In this document: in pieces, positions 1-13,705 of the stretch
How the letters are laid out: each line of letters begins with the position of its first letter
Numbering within the stretch: position 1 is the first letter of the stretch
Origin: Chrysomallon squamiferum
Lineage: Eukaryota > Animalia > Mollusca
NCBI GenBank assembly: GCA_012295275.1
Contig: CM022678.1
Span: forward strand, 1,240,001-1,304,000
Reading direction: 5' to 3'
Length of the DNA: 64,000 nucleotides
Notes under the pieces: generated by a model
Seen by the model: only the letters and a program-made list of their open reading frames with translations
Told to the model about the DNA's origin: nothing
Databases searched by the model: none
Made by a program: the position numbers and the translations under genes

Positions 1-52
1 GCAGCAATTGTTCGTTCATCGTTATACTTCTTGAGGATTGTCCTGCGAGATT

Positions 53-65
53 GAGAGAGCGAGAG

Positions 66-156
<91 letters not shown>
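53..156. repeat. (GA)n microsatellite; similar GA/CT tracts at about 1321-1386, 2450-2555, 4500-4576, 34661-34762, 54336-54386
   Basis: Directly visible dinucleotide runs; they explain the ER-repeat and SL-repeat ORFs. Confidence 0.98.
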
Positions 157-158
<2 letters not shown>

Positions 159-1018
159 CATTAACACAGACAGAGAAGTATATAAATTGGACGGCGCGCT
201 GTTTTAGTCATCTGACTTCGTTATTTACCTCTAGTTCAAACAAGATGGTATAAAAATGTACAATTTGATCTTTTCATTATCACGGACTATCGGACGGTTG
301 GCTACGATTTCGTCCGAGGAACCAATACAGTCGCAGAGTGTGTCCCCGCCTTTAGGCCTATTCCGTGACGCGTCGATTTTTTCCTACTGGGAACAAGATC
401 CTTTCACTCTCAAACGAAACACTGCGGTCAGAAGTTGCGTATCTGAACTATTCCGGCATCTAACATAGAGTTTCGCAAAAGTCAACATTTAGAGTGTTGT
501 TCTTTCAAAATACATTTCTGTGTTGTTAGGGTGTTCTATTGACTAATTTATTGTTTTATTTATTATTTATTTACCTGTACAGTGACAAATACGAGGAAAA
601 AAAGAGACCAGTAATTAATAACCCTTCGTTACCTAGCAACCAGTCTAGTCGCCTGCACTGCGCACGTGCACCATGCAGTTGTTCAAACGTTTACATAATT
701 TATATCAAATACTTTAACTTCAAACGAAGCGCCTCCTACTGTAAATTATGAACGATAACTGACGAATGGCATTTGACCTCGGGGTCACGGTGACTTTGAC
801 AAATGTCCGTATTGTGTCGAAACTTCCCGAGTTTCCTTACTCTCTCTTCGTCAGTTGCCGAGCACGCTACGTACAGTCTGATAGGGTAATTTGCTGTACT
901 TGATATTAATCTGTCGTAAAAAGAATCGGGGGACGACCTAAACAGCGTGTCGTTCAGCCATCAAATTCAGTAAGATATTTAAACTGAAACTAGCAGCACT
1001 ATTCTTTGTCTGTATGTA

Positions 1019-1051
<33 letters not shown>

Positions 1052-1155
1052 TTAACTTATTATTATTATTTTATTCTTATTAATATTACATTCACAATGA
1101 AGGTGATTTTGAGTGTGCGTAAGCGTACGTGTACATTTATGAACTATTTCATATT

Positions 1156-1203
<48 letters not shown>

Positions 1204-1319
1204 TGTATGTATGTATAAATGTATTAAAATAGTATGTAGGTATCAGACGTTTTATGACTAACAGAAGCATTTCAAAGATAACAGTGTTAATATATTTACG
1301 CAAACACATAGACATGCGT

Positions 1320-1389
<70 letters not shown>

Positions 1390-2449
1390 GTTTATTTGTG
1401 TTATGTAATTCTGTTCACTCGCAGTTTAATGTAGGTAAAACTATTGTTATTCAAGTCTGGTACGACCAGTTTTTTAATTAATCCTTTGGAAGCTGCAGTC
1501 TTGACACAAAATAAACTTTAATGTTGTTTTTCTTGTCAGTGCGCATGCCCAGCAAACGACACTTCTAGAAGATGAATCTGACGAGTGTTTTCGATGGAAT
1601 GTACGTATGCATAAATTACCATTTTAATTTATACTAATATATATATAACGGTTACGGTTACATCTTCATTTCCAAAGCTCATTTATTAAATTTCAGTTTT
1701 TCTGTCTGCTGCACGTCTTTAGAATTCTTCTAACTGAAAACAGAATATTACAACGTAACTTTTTTTTTTTTTTTTTTTTTTTTAATGTTTTTAGTAATTC
1801 AAACAGTGTTTCATTTCGTCTGCTATATGAAATTGGTGTTGTTGTTGCTGTTGTTGTCGTTTTCCTTGCCGAAGTAATGTCGTTCTCGTTCTTCATCGTA
1901 GAGGTAACGATCATTTTGAGTGATGTAAGGAATGTGTTAATGGATAAACGTTCACACCATGCGTTTGTCTGTATGTACAAATGTGTGTTTGTTCATGTGT
2001 GGGGGTGCGCGCGTGCGCGTATGTTCGCATATAAGTGTGCGTATGTGTTCTCTGTATGTGGTATGTGTGTAGAGTTCTTACAAAATTATATATATACATA
2101 TATATATATTGAATATTAATGTATATATATGTTTGTAATTATGAATATGTATGTATGTATGTTTATGTATATATGCGCAGGTGTATGAAAGTTTGTTTGT
2201 AAAATTATAATTTCTCTTTCTGTTTGTAACTTTTTTCTCCCTTCTCTCAAAGAAGTAAATTTATGTCTGCAAAGTGTATCAAACAGCGACTATTTCCCTG
2301 CCAGACTGAGTTATTGATGTAAGAAACTTCAAAAGTGCCGCTTTCTCATGAATCCCACTTAATCCTAACTTGTAGCCGACAACACCGCCCCGATTTCACA
2401 TCGGGATAATGTCATCATCGGCCCTCTAATTAAAAGCTAATAAATGTTC

Positions 2450-2558
<109 letters not shown>

Positions 2559-3159
2559 CAAAAGAGTCAACTTTCAGATAAAATTTTACGTAGACTAACT
2601 AAGTATATGAATGAATAAATTAGTAAGTAAGTAACACAAAACAAATAAGAAAAATAAGTAAGTAAGTAAATAAATAAATGAATGAATAAGTACATAAATA
2701 AATAAATAAGTAAATAAGTAAGTAAATATATAATAAATAAATAAATAACTAAATAAATAAATAAGTAAGTAAGTAAATAAGTAAGTAAATAAATAAATAT
2801 ATGCTCACTTATAAACAGAAGTACACAATCACCAACACTTAAAACAAAATTCAATTTTTTACAAGTGATTTGGGTAATCAAATTTACATGATCCAGATCA
2901 CTGATAAACTAACATAACACGATTTCCAGCTCTAAACTGACTCTGCGGCAAACCAGTAAAACTAAACCTAACAGTTGTTAACCCAGCAACAACCTAGGTT
3001 TAATGAAAAACATTCAGCTCATACAGTTCACAGGTTACGTTTGATGTAACTAGTAGGTTCAGAATAAATAACCAGTAGTCTGTCTACTTTACATCTTCAG
3101 TACAAATAACACATAAAGAAGATAAGTGTTAAATAAATTGTAGGTTAAATTGCTATAAC

Positions 3160-3535
3160 GTACATTTTAACTCTAAATAACCCATAGGTTTACGTAAATT
3201 ATTTTAACTCTAGATAACCCATAGGTTTATGTAAATTATTTTAACTCTAGATAACCCATAGGTTTATGTAAATCATTATAACTCTAAATAGCCTATAGAT
3301 TTATGTAAATCATTACAACTCTAAATAGCCTATAGGTTTATGTAAATCATTTTTAACTCTAAATTGCCTATAGATTTATGTAAATCATTTTTAACTCTAA
3401 ATTGCCTATAGGTTTATGTAAATCATTTTTAACTCTAAATAGCCTATAGGTTTATGTAAATCATTTTAACTCTAAATAGCCTATAGATTTATGTAAATCA
3501 TTTTAACTCTAAATAGCCCATAGCTTTATGTAAAT
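3160..3535. repeat. 37-bp minisatellite, about 10 copies
   Basis: Unit ttttaactctaaatagcctataggtttatgtaaatca; period 3171->3208. Confidence 0.92.
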
Positions 3536-3760
3536 CTCAGATAACAAGAAGCTTATACTCGCCTCTGTTTCCATTCTGATCCTGTTTTCCGTTGCGTCAA
3601 GTGTGGAGGAAGGGCTGAGACGAGTTTGTTTTGTCACTTCTAGCTGAACAGTACAACAGATACACCACACCACGCGTTAGTTAATACAGTTATCATTCGA
3701 GGTACAGTTTTTATTACTGTTTCTGGTAATTTACTGTATTTTAACTTCACTACTTCTTTT

Positions 3761-3970
3761 TGTAACAACTAATCTACCGATATTACTTTTATTACTACTT
3801 ACTACTGTTAATACTATTACTGTTTGTAACAACTAATCTACTGATATTACTTTTATTACTACTTACTACTGTTAATACTATTACTGTTTGTAACAACTAA
3901 TCTACTGATATTACTTTTATATTACTACTTACTACTGTTAATACTACTGTTACTGTTAATACTATTACTG
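3761..3970. repeat. 64-bp tandem repeat, about 3 copies
   Basis: tgtaacaactaatctac recurs at 3761, 3825 and 3889. Confidence 0.88.
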
Positions 3971-4103
3971 TTCCTACGTCAACTTCTACTACTACTACAA
4001 TTATTATTACGAGTACAATTGATACACCGTTAGTATAGCTTATATATGCACAGTGAGTAATACACACACACACACAGACACACATATATATACACACACA
4101 CAT

Positions 4104-4140
<37 letters not shown>

Positions 4141-4497
4141 TACATACAGAGACACACACAAGGCAATTCTTTCGTTTCGGAAACTGATATCCGTTCTCAT
4201 GAACTGATTAAACGAAAACTAACACAGAATTAATAATACGAATATTATAGTAGTATATTTACTTGCAGTTTAAAAAAGAAAACTGGCGCATTTTCGTGAA
4301 TTTCTGTGTATTTTCGTGCATTACGTAATAGATCATTTCATGATTAGATTGATTCATTTTACTATTGTAATTTTTGTTTAAATAAATATTGATTGTTATT
4401 TAAATTATTTAAAATTAATATACAGCAAATTCTTATACACCTTGAACTCACTTTGCTGGTTTGCATGACGTAATTTGTAATAAAAATAAATACGAAT

Positions 4498-4580
<83 letters not shown>

Positions 4581-5457
4581 ATCTGTTTGTCTATCTCTGC
4601 CTGATAAGCTTACGAATAAAATATATTTATTATAATCTAGAGTAATGTAAAATTTAACCTTGATTATAAAAAGTCTAATCATAGAATGATCTAAAAAGTA
4701 ATAATGACGTAAATATCTTAGTTAAATAGCTTATAATAATAATTATAATAATAATAATAATAATCATCATCATCATCATCATCATCATAAATAAATAAAT
4801 AAATAAATAATTTATGGAATTTTCTTTTTTTGGCTGAGTAAAAACTTACGCATTTTTCATCATCAGTGTCATAATTATCTCACATTTCCTGGGAAACATT
4901 GACTGGTTACCTAGATACACTGTCCTGTCACAGTTTGCTACGCCAAACACTTTGCAAAACACGTGACAAAAGACATTTTGTTTTGACCATCACGCAGTGG
5001 AATTCGTCAGCCTCAATCTTAGATAACACAAACATACACTCTAAAAGATTTTAGTAGCTTTACAAGTTTTGTTTCTCAGTATAGCGTATTTGTGTCTAAT
5101 GTAAAAAAAAAAAAAAAAAAAAAAAAAAACACAGCCTAAAAGATTTCCCTGTGCTGTAAATTAGTTGTATTACAGGCTTCTTATCAAAATGTAGAATTCG
5201 GAATATATTTTGTATAATTTGAGATGGCGGTTTAGTTTCTTTTTCATTAAATGTAGTATTAACGAGTATGCTGAAACAAGATTGTGCGTATCTCTCAATA
5301 TCTCCATTTATTTCATTATATTATATTATATTATATTTATTTAGTTAGTTAGTTAAGTTAAATCCCTTTTATTTTTCTTAATGAAAAGTCGATTCTAAAT
5401 ATATCCGAAGTGAAGATTCGAACACTCCTTCTTTTAAATATTCGTTCTAACTAATTA

Positions 5458-5501
<44 letters not shown>

Positions 5502-5707
5502 CATTTATTTTTACTAATATGTTTCGAATTTTCCCCCATAAATAATAATATTAAACAAATTATCATTAATTCATTTTTAGACAGAGAAAACGCTCTGTTT
5601 CTGTTAAAACAAATTTATTCTTTATTTACAGATTGTCCAGTGAGATGACTGGTGGGCGTGGTTACAGTAACAAGTAAAACAAAAACCTGTCAATCAAAAT
5701 CTTTGAC

Positions 5708-5744
5708 ATGGGAGGTAGAAGGAAAAGCTCGTATCTTGACCCAG
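5708..5744 (+). CDS. FAM167A: FAM167-family gene, predicted first coding exon (MGGRRKSSYLDP, phase-1 end)
   Basis: Acceptor tttatttacag ends at 5631, ATG at 5708, donor CCAG|gtcagt at 5745. Phase 1 matches the phase-1 start of the 6290 exon. A short uORF (MTGGRGYSNK*) starts at 5645. Confidence 0.65.
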
Positions 5745-5799
5745 GTCAGTCCACTGATGTAGTGAGTAGTGACGTAGTATGAGAAAACAGCGTGTAATT

Positions 5800-6180
5800 A
5801 ATTATGAAAGTGGTGTTTACTGAAGTAGTAAATATTGAAGCAGTATGAAAATAGTGCATATTGAAGTAGCATGAAAGTATAACGAAAGTAGTGTTTATTG
5901 AAGTAGTATAAAATTATGAAAATGAAGTAGTCTGTATTGAAGTAATATACAAGTAGTGTTTTGTAAAGTAGTATAGAGTGAAGTAGTATGCAAGTAGTGT
6001 AGTGTGAAGTAGTATGAAAATAGTGTACAGTGAAGTACTATGAAAGTAATGTACTGTGAAGTAGTATGAAAGTAATGTACACTGAAGTACTATGAAAGTA
6101 ATGTACTGTGAAGTAGTATGAAAGTAATGTACAGTGAAATACTGTGAATGTAATGTACAGTGAAGTAGTATGAAAGTAGT
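5800..6180. repeat. Degenerate ~26-bp minisatellite in a FAM167 intron
   Basis: gtgaagtagtatgaaagtaatgtaca-like units. Confidence 0.85.
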
Positions 6181-6289
6181 AATAAAATTACTTCCGTAGT
6201 ATTAAAACAACAAGAATTTACTGCGTCGTAATAAATATACAGCTAAATAAATAAATAAATAAATAAATAAATACTGTTAATTTTTTCAG

Positions 6290-6585
6290 CGGCTCAGCAT
6301 CTTCCTATTATCTCAGAAGACGTCGGTGACGTCATCCCGGACATTTCCGAAGATCTTTCCGTTACTAAAATTGACGATTCTGACCTCAGCCAGGTCAAGG
6401 CCACGGCCACAAGGCTAAATTTGAAAACTAGGAGACCAAGTGTGGTTGCCTGGAAAGCTCAGTTCGTCGACAAACCGAGCCTCGCTTTCATATCCGTGGA
6501 TGTCGCGAAATCTAAAAATGATAAATTAACTCCGGAACGAAAAGAACGAATAAACCATGCTCTGGATTGGATAAAAAACGAACTG
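6290..6585 (+). CDS. FAM167A: FAM167-family gene, coding exon 2
   Basis: Acceptor ttttttcag| and donor CTG|gtatgt. Translation AQHLPIISED...DLSQVKATATRLNLKTRRPSVVAW...INHALDWIKNEL matches the FAM167A motifs LRLETRRPSYLEW and IDEAIAWLRKEL. Confidence 0.9.
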
Positions 6586-6840
6586 GTATGTGAGACCACT
6601 GCACTACTATTAATATTACTACTATTACTACTACTACTGCTGTTGCTGCTACTACCACCACTACTACTATTACTACAACTATTACTATTACTACTACTAC
6701 TAGTAGTAATATCAATGACTTTTGTTACTAGGACTACAGTTACTATTACCACTATTATTACTACATTTACTACCACTGCTAATACTATCACTTCTATTAT
6801 TATTACTTGAACATCCGTACTGCTACTACCACTACTACTA

Positions 6841-6884
<44 letters not shown>

Positions 6885-7264
6885 GCTACTACTACTACTA
6901 CTACTACTGTTACTACATCAGTTCGGCAATTTTTGATATGAAAATGACATGTTTATAAATTTAATTTCAGTAATAATTTAGTTTTAGTTTATTTTATCAA
7001 ATCACTTACATGTATACTGTGACAGTGTTCGTTTGGTGTTGTATGAGTTGTCTCCCTTTATGTTTATTTATATATTTATTTATTTATTTATTTATTTATT
7101 TATTATTATTCTATTCTATTATTATTCTTATTCTATTCTATTCTTATTCTTATTTTTATTATATTATTACTCATTTATTGAATTGATAATCTCCCTTTAA
7201 TTTTTAGGTTTTTATTTACTATTACTAGTACCAGTACTACGTTATCATTTTTATCGTCATCATT

Positions 7265-7299
<35 letters not shown>

Positions 7300-7363
7300 T
7301 ATTCCTTTGTTGTTGTAGTAAGGATAATCTTCCTTTAATTATTTTATTTCTATTTACTACTAT

Positions 7364-7409
<46 letters not shown>

Positions 7410-7461
7410 GCTACTACTACTACTACTACTATTACTGCTATTACTACTATTACTACTACTA

Positions 7462-7493
<32 letters not shown>

Positions 7494-7561
7494 TCTATTA
7501 CTACTACTACTACTACTGCTGCTTCTATTACTACTACTACTACTAAAGTTTCTATATTTAG

Positions 7562-7819
7562 ATTGAACTTCGGCGACAAGACCAGTCACTCGCCAGACAG
7601 CTTCTCGGCATTAGACGTGACCTGTCACAACTCAGACTGAGTCGAAGCTGCGAGAGGCACCAGGACATGCTGGATGATGCGCAGTGGGAAATGGAGGAAT
7701 TTCAGCAACTGTCAAGAGTGCTCGATATTCCGTGCTACAGCTGTCTGTCTCCAGATCCTCTTAAACATATTGGTGTAACAAAAATGAACATCAGCACAAG
7801 ACGATTTTCAACGTGTTAG
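7562..7819 (+). CDS. FAM167A: FAM167-family gene, terminal coding exon (spliced product about 196 aa)
   Basis: Acceptor tatatttag|, phase 0. [46 protein letters not shown]...[20 protein letters not shown] matches the FAM167 C-terminal domain (human ...[20 protein letters not shown]). AATAAA signals lie downstream at about 8390-8560. Missed by the ORF track. Confidence 0.92.
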   Translation: [85 protein letters not shown]

Positions 7820-7923
7820 TTTTAAATATTTTATTTTAATATTTATTTTATTTTGCTTCATTCTATTTTATTTTATTTTATTTTTTTACCATTTATTTTA
7901 TTATTATTATTTTTTATTTATTA

Positions 7924-7966
<43 letters not shown>

Positions 7967-9135
7967 TTTTTTTTTTGACGACATTGTTAAATAATTCAAT
8001 GAACAAAAGGATCAATGAAAACGATGTTCGTTGTATGAAATGGAGGAAAATATAAACTAATCAAAAAGTTACCTCGAAACAATGAAATGTTAACAAAATA
8101 ATAATAAAATGTTCTCTAGATATGTTGACATTAATTCTAGATGTAGATATTTATCTAAATTACATTTGATTTTCTAGTTTAGTTCATGCAAGAAACAAAC
8201 ATGGTTGCAAATTAAAACAACTGGAAAATGTGATCCTGACTTTGTACACTGATGTAGCTGTTAATACTCTAGTAGACTATTTCTGTTACTGTATTTCATA
8301 TACATCAACAACATATATGTAAACCATTTCAACAAAGATATTGCATATTTATTATTATATTACATATAAGAATGAAAACAGCATAAATGTAATAAAGTTC
8401 AATAAAAATATTAATTTACATATAATAATGAATACAACACAAATGCAATACTGTTGAATGTTTATTTAATGGTTTACATACAGTGATGAATGCTATTGAT
8501 GGTTATTTAAACTGTTTTGACAAACTAAATATTTATGCCTTTGTTTTGTAAATCAAATAAAAAAATATTTTATTTTTGTTTTTATTCGTCATTTTTGTTG
8601 TATATATATTTTTAATTAATTGTGTGACCCATGCTTATTTGTTAATATGTATGTATGAGCATGTATGTGCTTTGTTTGTAATTATGTCATGTGTTTTGAA
8701 TATGTCTATAGATTTGGATAAGATCATTTTTTAAAAATATATCCGTACATGTTGTTTGTGTTTGTTTTTTCTTCATTTAATTTTTTTTTTCATTTCTCTT
8801 CATTGTCTGTGATTTTTTTTACACATTTAAATTGCACATTAGGGTGGTTTTATTCCATTACAAACATTTGTTATAATTATTATTATTTTTTTTTAACTTT
8901 TCTTTACATCAGTACACTTTCCAGCAATCTTACCGAATTTAAATTTTATAAATATATTTAAATACATCACTTGTTTAATCACGTATTATCGTTAAATGAT
9001 TAGTATTCATTTACAACAATACAGGCATTTTCAATAATACGCATACAAACATTCTCACTTTTTGTAAATCCAGTGACTGTTGACTTTATTTAAAATTTAA
9101 CAGTCAAACTTTTCAGTGGCGATCCCGCAACTCGG

Positions 9136-9153
9136 CTTTCGTTTCAGTTTTCA
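9136..9153 (-). promoter_or_regulatory. ISRE/IRF-E-like element (TGAAAACTGAAACGAAAG); second copy at 15255-15272
   Basis: Three tandem GAAA cores, adjacent to duplicated promoter-like segments. Function not demonstrated. Confidence 0.4.
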
Positions 9154-9214
9154 TTTAAAAGTAATTATGAACTAATAAAATTACAATATTTCTCTTTTAC
9201 CTAATTAATTTGTT

Positions 9215-9760
9215 GCATTGTTGTATTTGTTCGTAACTGTTAATGCCCGCATTGATAATACAGGTTAACATTAAATATCCAAACAAACGGTATATTTTAA
9301 GTGGGTATGCAGGAAGTAGGCCTGACCCTGTGACCGGTTTTTTCTGCATTGCGCATCAGTGACTGTCTTTTTGTTGTATTAATTGGTCGTTGTTTTACAA
9401 AGATGGTTCAATAAGAGTTCATTCATCTCATAAAGCAAGCGATGGAGGCCGAAATAATTTTGTAAATGTGTGAGAATGAAATGTTTATAATTAAAAGTTA
9501 ATGTTTTCGCTCTAGTTAACTTTTCAAGTAAACAAGTTTGAACCTCGATTTCTGGTCCAAGCCGCAACCCGTTTGTATTTTACTTGACCCACATGATTTA
9601 GAATGTGCGATGTTTCTAAGTATGTAAACTTTCTTATCATTTTTTATCTCGATAAACATTAAAATTTACTTTGATTCCTTACAATAATTCTATTTTTCAC
9701 TGAATAAAACAATTATTAAAAAGTAAAGATGATCATAAATTATTGTAATTACTGTAGCAT
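9215..9760 (+). repeat. Paralogous copy of the putative promoter/first-exon region of the STAND gene (34440-35325)
   Basis: Shared blocks gcattgttgtatttgttcgtaactgttaatgcccgcattgataatacagg, ggtatgcaggaagtaggcctgac, tgtaaatgtNtgagaatgaaatgttta and cgataaacatt...gatgatcataaattattgt. Confidence 0.85.
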
Positions 9761-9989
9761 GGACCAACAGGAACGATAACTCGTAACGGCACAAAATACG
9801 TCGCCGGAAAAAAATGCCTCCAGAATTTATTGGATGCAAACTACATCTGAATGTTCTTTTCTGTTGGGTTCTGACACGGAGAATATTGCCAATCAGAAAG
9901 GTTAATATATTAATCTTTTACCGAATTATAATTTTAGTTTATTATGCACGCATTCGCATTTATTTTAATTTATTTTATTTTACTTTATT

Positions 9990-10187
9990 GTACAAATTTT
10001 ATTTTTTAATCTTTGTTATGCCCTGTTTATATTTTATCCCTGTAATCTCAGTAGGAGTCACACGACAAACAGACATATTTTAATCTAGTCTATCTACATC
10101 TAAGTGCACTTCATTCTAGATCACCCGTTTATTTCTATAAACAAATTAGAACACACACACACACACTCCAATGTGGGAGGGGGAAAC

Positions 10188-10223
<36 letters not shown>

Positions 10224-11096
10224 CATTATAATTATAATAATAATCATAGTTCTTTCTTCGCACAACATTTGTTTTCAAAATTTAAAAAAAAAAAAAATAA
10301 TAATAAAACATTCTTTCTTTGTACTATGCAGCACATAAACCACAAACTCTCAAACACAGAGAGAATGATAATTAGAACAGACATGACATGTAACTTTAAT
10401 AACTTTAATAACTTTAATTCAGGTACCAGGAAGTTAAGTAGCAAATCACTGATGGACGGGGGTAAAGTGGTTTATACCTTACTCCACAGCAAATAAAGCT
10501 TATGTAATTTTGTATAGCAGAATATTTATCTTTGGTTTTGAACTGCATTCAGTAAATATTTGTTATTATATTTATCAGTCACTGTAGACACACACACACA
10601 CAGTAACACACAAAGACACACAGACACACACACAGCCACACACAGCCACATACACATACAGACACACACAGAGACATACACACAGAGACATACACACATA
10701 CAGACACACACACACACACACACAGAGACACACACACACTTGAATTAACTGTTATTATTAACTAAGTGATTGTTGTTAAGGCAGATGAGTCAAGTGATGG
10801 AAATATGAGCTGTGGACACGCTTCGCGACTTTTCCAGTTTATCTCTGTATCAGATCTTTATAAACCAGCCTACATCAGATTTCAAATTAACTTTTTATAT
10901 TTTCTAGTTCATATTTTACTCGACCCATACATAAGTGAAGAACCCCCCTGCTGTTTCAAATAAAAAAAAAGAGAAGAAAATAATAACAACAACAAAAATA
11001 AAAAATAAAACAAAAAGAACAACAATGAAATAAATAAATATTTTGATTGTACAAAGATATATTTCTGTTATTCAATGAAAATGATATAGAAAAATA

Positions 11097-11131
<35 letters not shown>

Positions 11132-11829
11132 AATAAAATAATTACTTTGTTACATTAATGAATAAACTATCAACAATCACTACCAATAGCAATGTGTAGT
11201 GTACGTTTTGTCTACCTGGCAATCAAAATCAAAGTAAAACTTAAATCTTGTCAACAAACAAATTGTCTCGGACTCTGCTCGCTTTGTGAATCGCCCGCTT
11301 ACCCACGTCACGTGGTATTTTTGTAAGATGACGCGTCACAGGTTTGCACGTAGTGTGTTAGTCTGGTTGCTTGGTGACAATGTAAACACGATCAGCTCTA
11401 ACTATAGCACATTTTTCAAAGTGGTTTGTATACTTGCTCAAAAAGATATGATCAGTATACAGGGGCGCGCTATATTTCTTCTAGTAAGCTTATATATAGC
11501 TTAAAATAGCACACAAACACACACAGACACACAGACAGAGTTATCATTGTGATTGAGACTTATTTTGTACATCGAACAAAAAATAATTTCTTTCCACATT
11601 TTTTTTTTTTTTTTTTTTTACGTTATTAACAAGTTTTGTTTTTTAATCTTTCCTATGCTCTGTTTACATTTTCCCCTGTAATCTCAGTAGGAGTCACACG
11701 ACAAACAGACATATTTTAATCTAGTCTATCTACATCTAAGTGCACTTCATTCTAGATCACCCGTTTATTTCTATATACAAATTAAAACACACACACTCCA
11801 ATGTGGGAGGGGGAAACAACAACAACAAC

Positions 11830-11889
<60 letters not shown>

Positions 11890-12055
11890 CATAATAATAA
11901 TTATAATAATAATCATAGTTCTTTCTTCGCACAATATTTGTTTTCTAAATTTAAAAAAAACCAAAAAAAAAACCATTTCTTTTTTTGTACTATGCAGGAC
12001 ATAAACCACGAACTCTCAAACACAGAGAGAATGGTAATTAGAACAGACATGACGT
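9990..12055. repeat. Direct duplication of about 400 bp (about 9990-10390 and 11630-12055); partial inverted copy at about 24820-24990
   Basis: ccctgtaatctcagtaggagtcacacgacaaacagacatattttaatctagtctatctacatctaag occurs twice on + and once as reverse complement. ORFs 10104 and 11740 are near-identical. Confidence 0.9.
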
Positions 12056-12250
12056 AACTTTGCACAATGGAATTATTTATACTTCCTTCTGCTGTTCACA
12101 ATTAATAAAAAGGAATTTTGGTAATTTCTTCATCAAGGCTAATGAAAATTTTCTCCACGATTACTTTGGCTACGCCTGTGATAGCTGTTGAGTACATATT
12201 GTGCCCGTTTTAATGTAACTCTGACTTAGCGAGTGTTTAACATATTTTCC

Positions 12251-12684
12251 TTATGTCATAATATTCCTACTGAAATGGGAAGATGGAGAAATATACCATT
12301 CGAAAATAGAATGTGGCTATTGTGTAATAACTATGACATCGGAGAAGAGTTTCATTATATATTTACACGTATGTTTATCAAGAATCAAAAGAAATGTTAC
12401 CTACCATTTTTCTGTCAATCTAAATTAAGCACTCATAAGTTTTATAAATTATTTAATTCTAAACAAGCTGGTGTCCTTACAAAACTTTCTACTCTCTGTA
12501 ATCTAATCCTGAAATTTTTCAAATCCTCTGGCTGAAATATTGATATATTGTTTATATTTTATTATTCTGTACATTATTGTAAATCTACCGTCTTGTCATC
12601 CTTGTTATAATTGTTATTATTATATTAAATTTTGTATGAAATCCTCAGACTGCGGCCTGAGTGCAAATAAAGTTCAGTTCAGTT
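12251..12684 (+). mobile_element. 5'-truncated non-LTR retrotransposon (LINE, RTE-X-like) 3' fragment
   Basis: HNIPTEMGRWRNIPFENRMWLLCNNYDIGEEFHYIF resembles the C-terminal Cys/His region of LINE ORF2. Ends in AATAAA plus a (gttca)n tail. The homologous empty site is at about 55040-55085. Confidence 0.8.
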
Positions 12685-12766
12685 GGTAATTAAAGTGTGT
12701 TACTGTAAGTGTAGAATGTAACAGATGTGATGGATGTTTTGTTACACAGATGCTTATATTCTTCTT

Positions 12767-12797
<31 letters not shown>

Positions 12798-13479
12798 TTA
12801 TTATTATTCAGTTCTTCGGAACACAAGAGTGATTTTTGCGATATCATTTTTAGCAATCACAGTGATATACACATAAACAATTTAAGAAAAATAAGTAAAT
12901 AAATAAACAACTACATTCACAGGTCAACACAAAAAAAACAACAACATTAAAACCATTTATTATTGAAACTAGCCAAATTTCATTTTCTATAAGAAAAATA
13001 ATAAACACTTGCAAAACAATATTTTTGTTTTCCTCTTTCGTGTTTACGTCACAATATATGACAATTATAGACAACACATAATAAAATACTTAAAAAAAAA
13101 AGAAGACACTCCATATCAAACACTTTTAAAATAATAATAATAATTACAAAAACAAAGAAAAATAAAAGACAAAACATGAACAAAGTCAACTAATGAATAT
13201 AACTGTAATAAGGAATATCAATTTTAGACATTTTAAATTACAGCTCAGTATTGAATTATAATTATACCATATCAGTATATTGAAATTAACCTGTTATTTT
13301 ATTACATCAGCATCAATATTGGACGAAATCAATTAATTTCAATTTTGTATTTTCAAAAAATCAGTTACTTCAAGACATTTAATTCCTTCATCAATTATTA
13401 TCATCGATTATTATTATTAATATTATATACAAAGATATAATTCGATTTGATAACAACAACAACAACAACAACAATAATA

Positions 13480-13705
13480 ACAACAACCATAATAATGAAG
13501 TGTAGTTTGACAATAAAGTTTGAAATCTGACCTACTGTTTCGCAGACAAAATTAGTCAGTATTAGTAATATTATCTTCAGCACTCGTACAACGTCATTTT
13601 TTTTTCTATTCTCTAACAATGAGTGCAACCACACAGGTTTCAAATTATCCTTGTTTACAACTCAACCGTGAACACGGTTAACCTGCGGTCTGTCTAAGTT
13701 TCTAT
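13480..13705. repeat. Dispersed ~200-bp repeat; direct copy about 14595-14770, inverted copy about 16660-16860
   Basis: tttgaaatctgacctactgttt...ggtttcaaatt(a/c)tccttgtt...caaccgtgaacacg seen in both orientations. Confidence 0.85.

Noticed and set aside
6586-7561. Poly-Leu, poly-Tyr, poly-Ser and poly-Val ORFs, including the tail of ORF 6421..6810
   Set aside because: (CTA)n/(ATC)n tracts in the FAM167 intron; the real exon ends at the 6586 donor.
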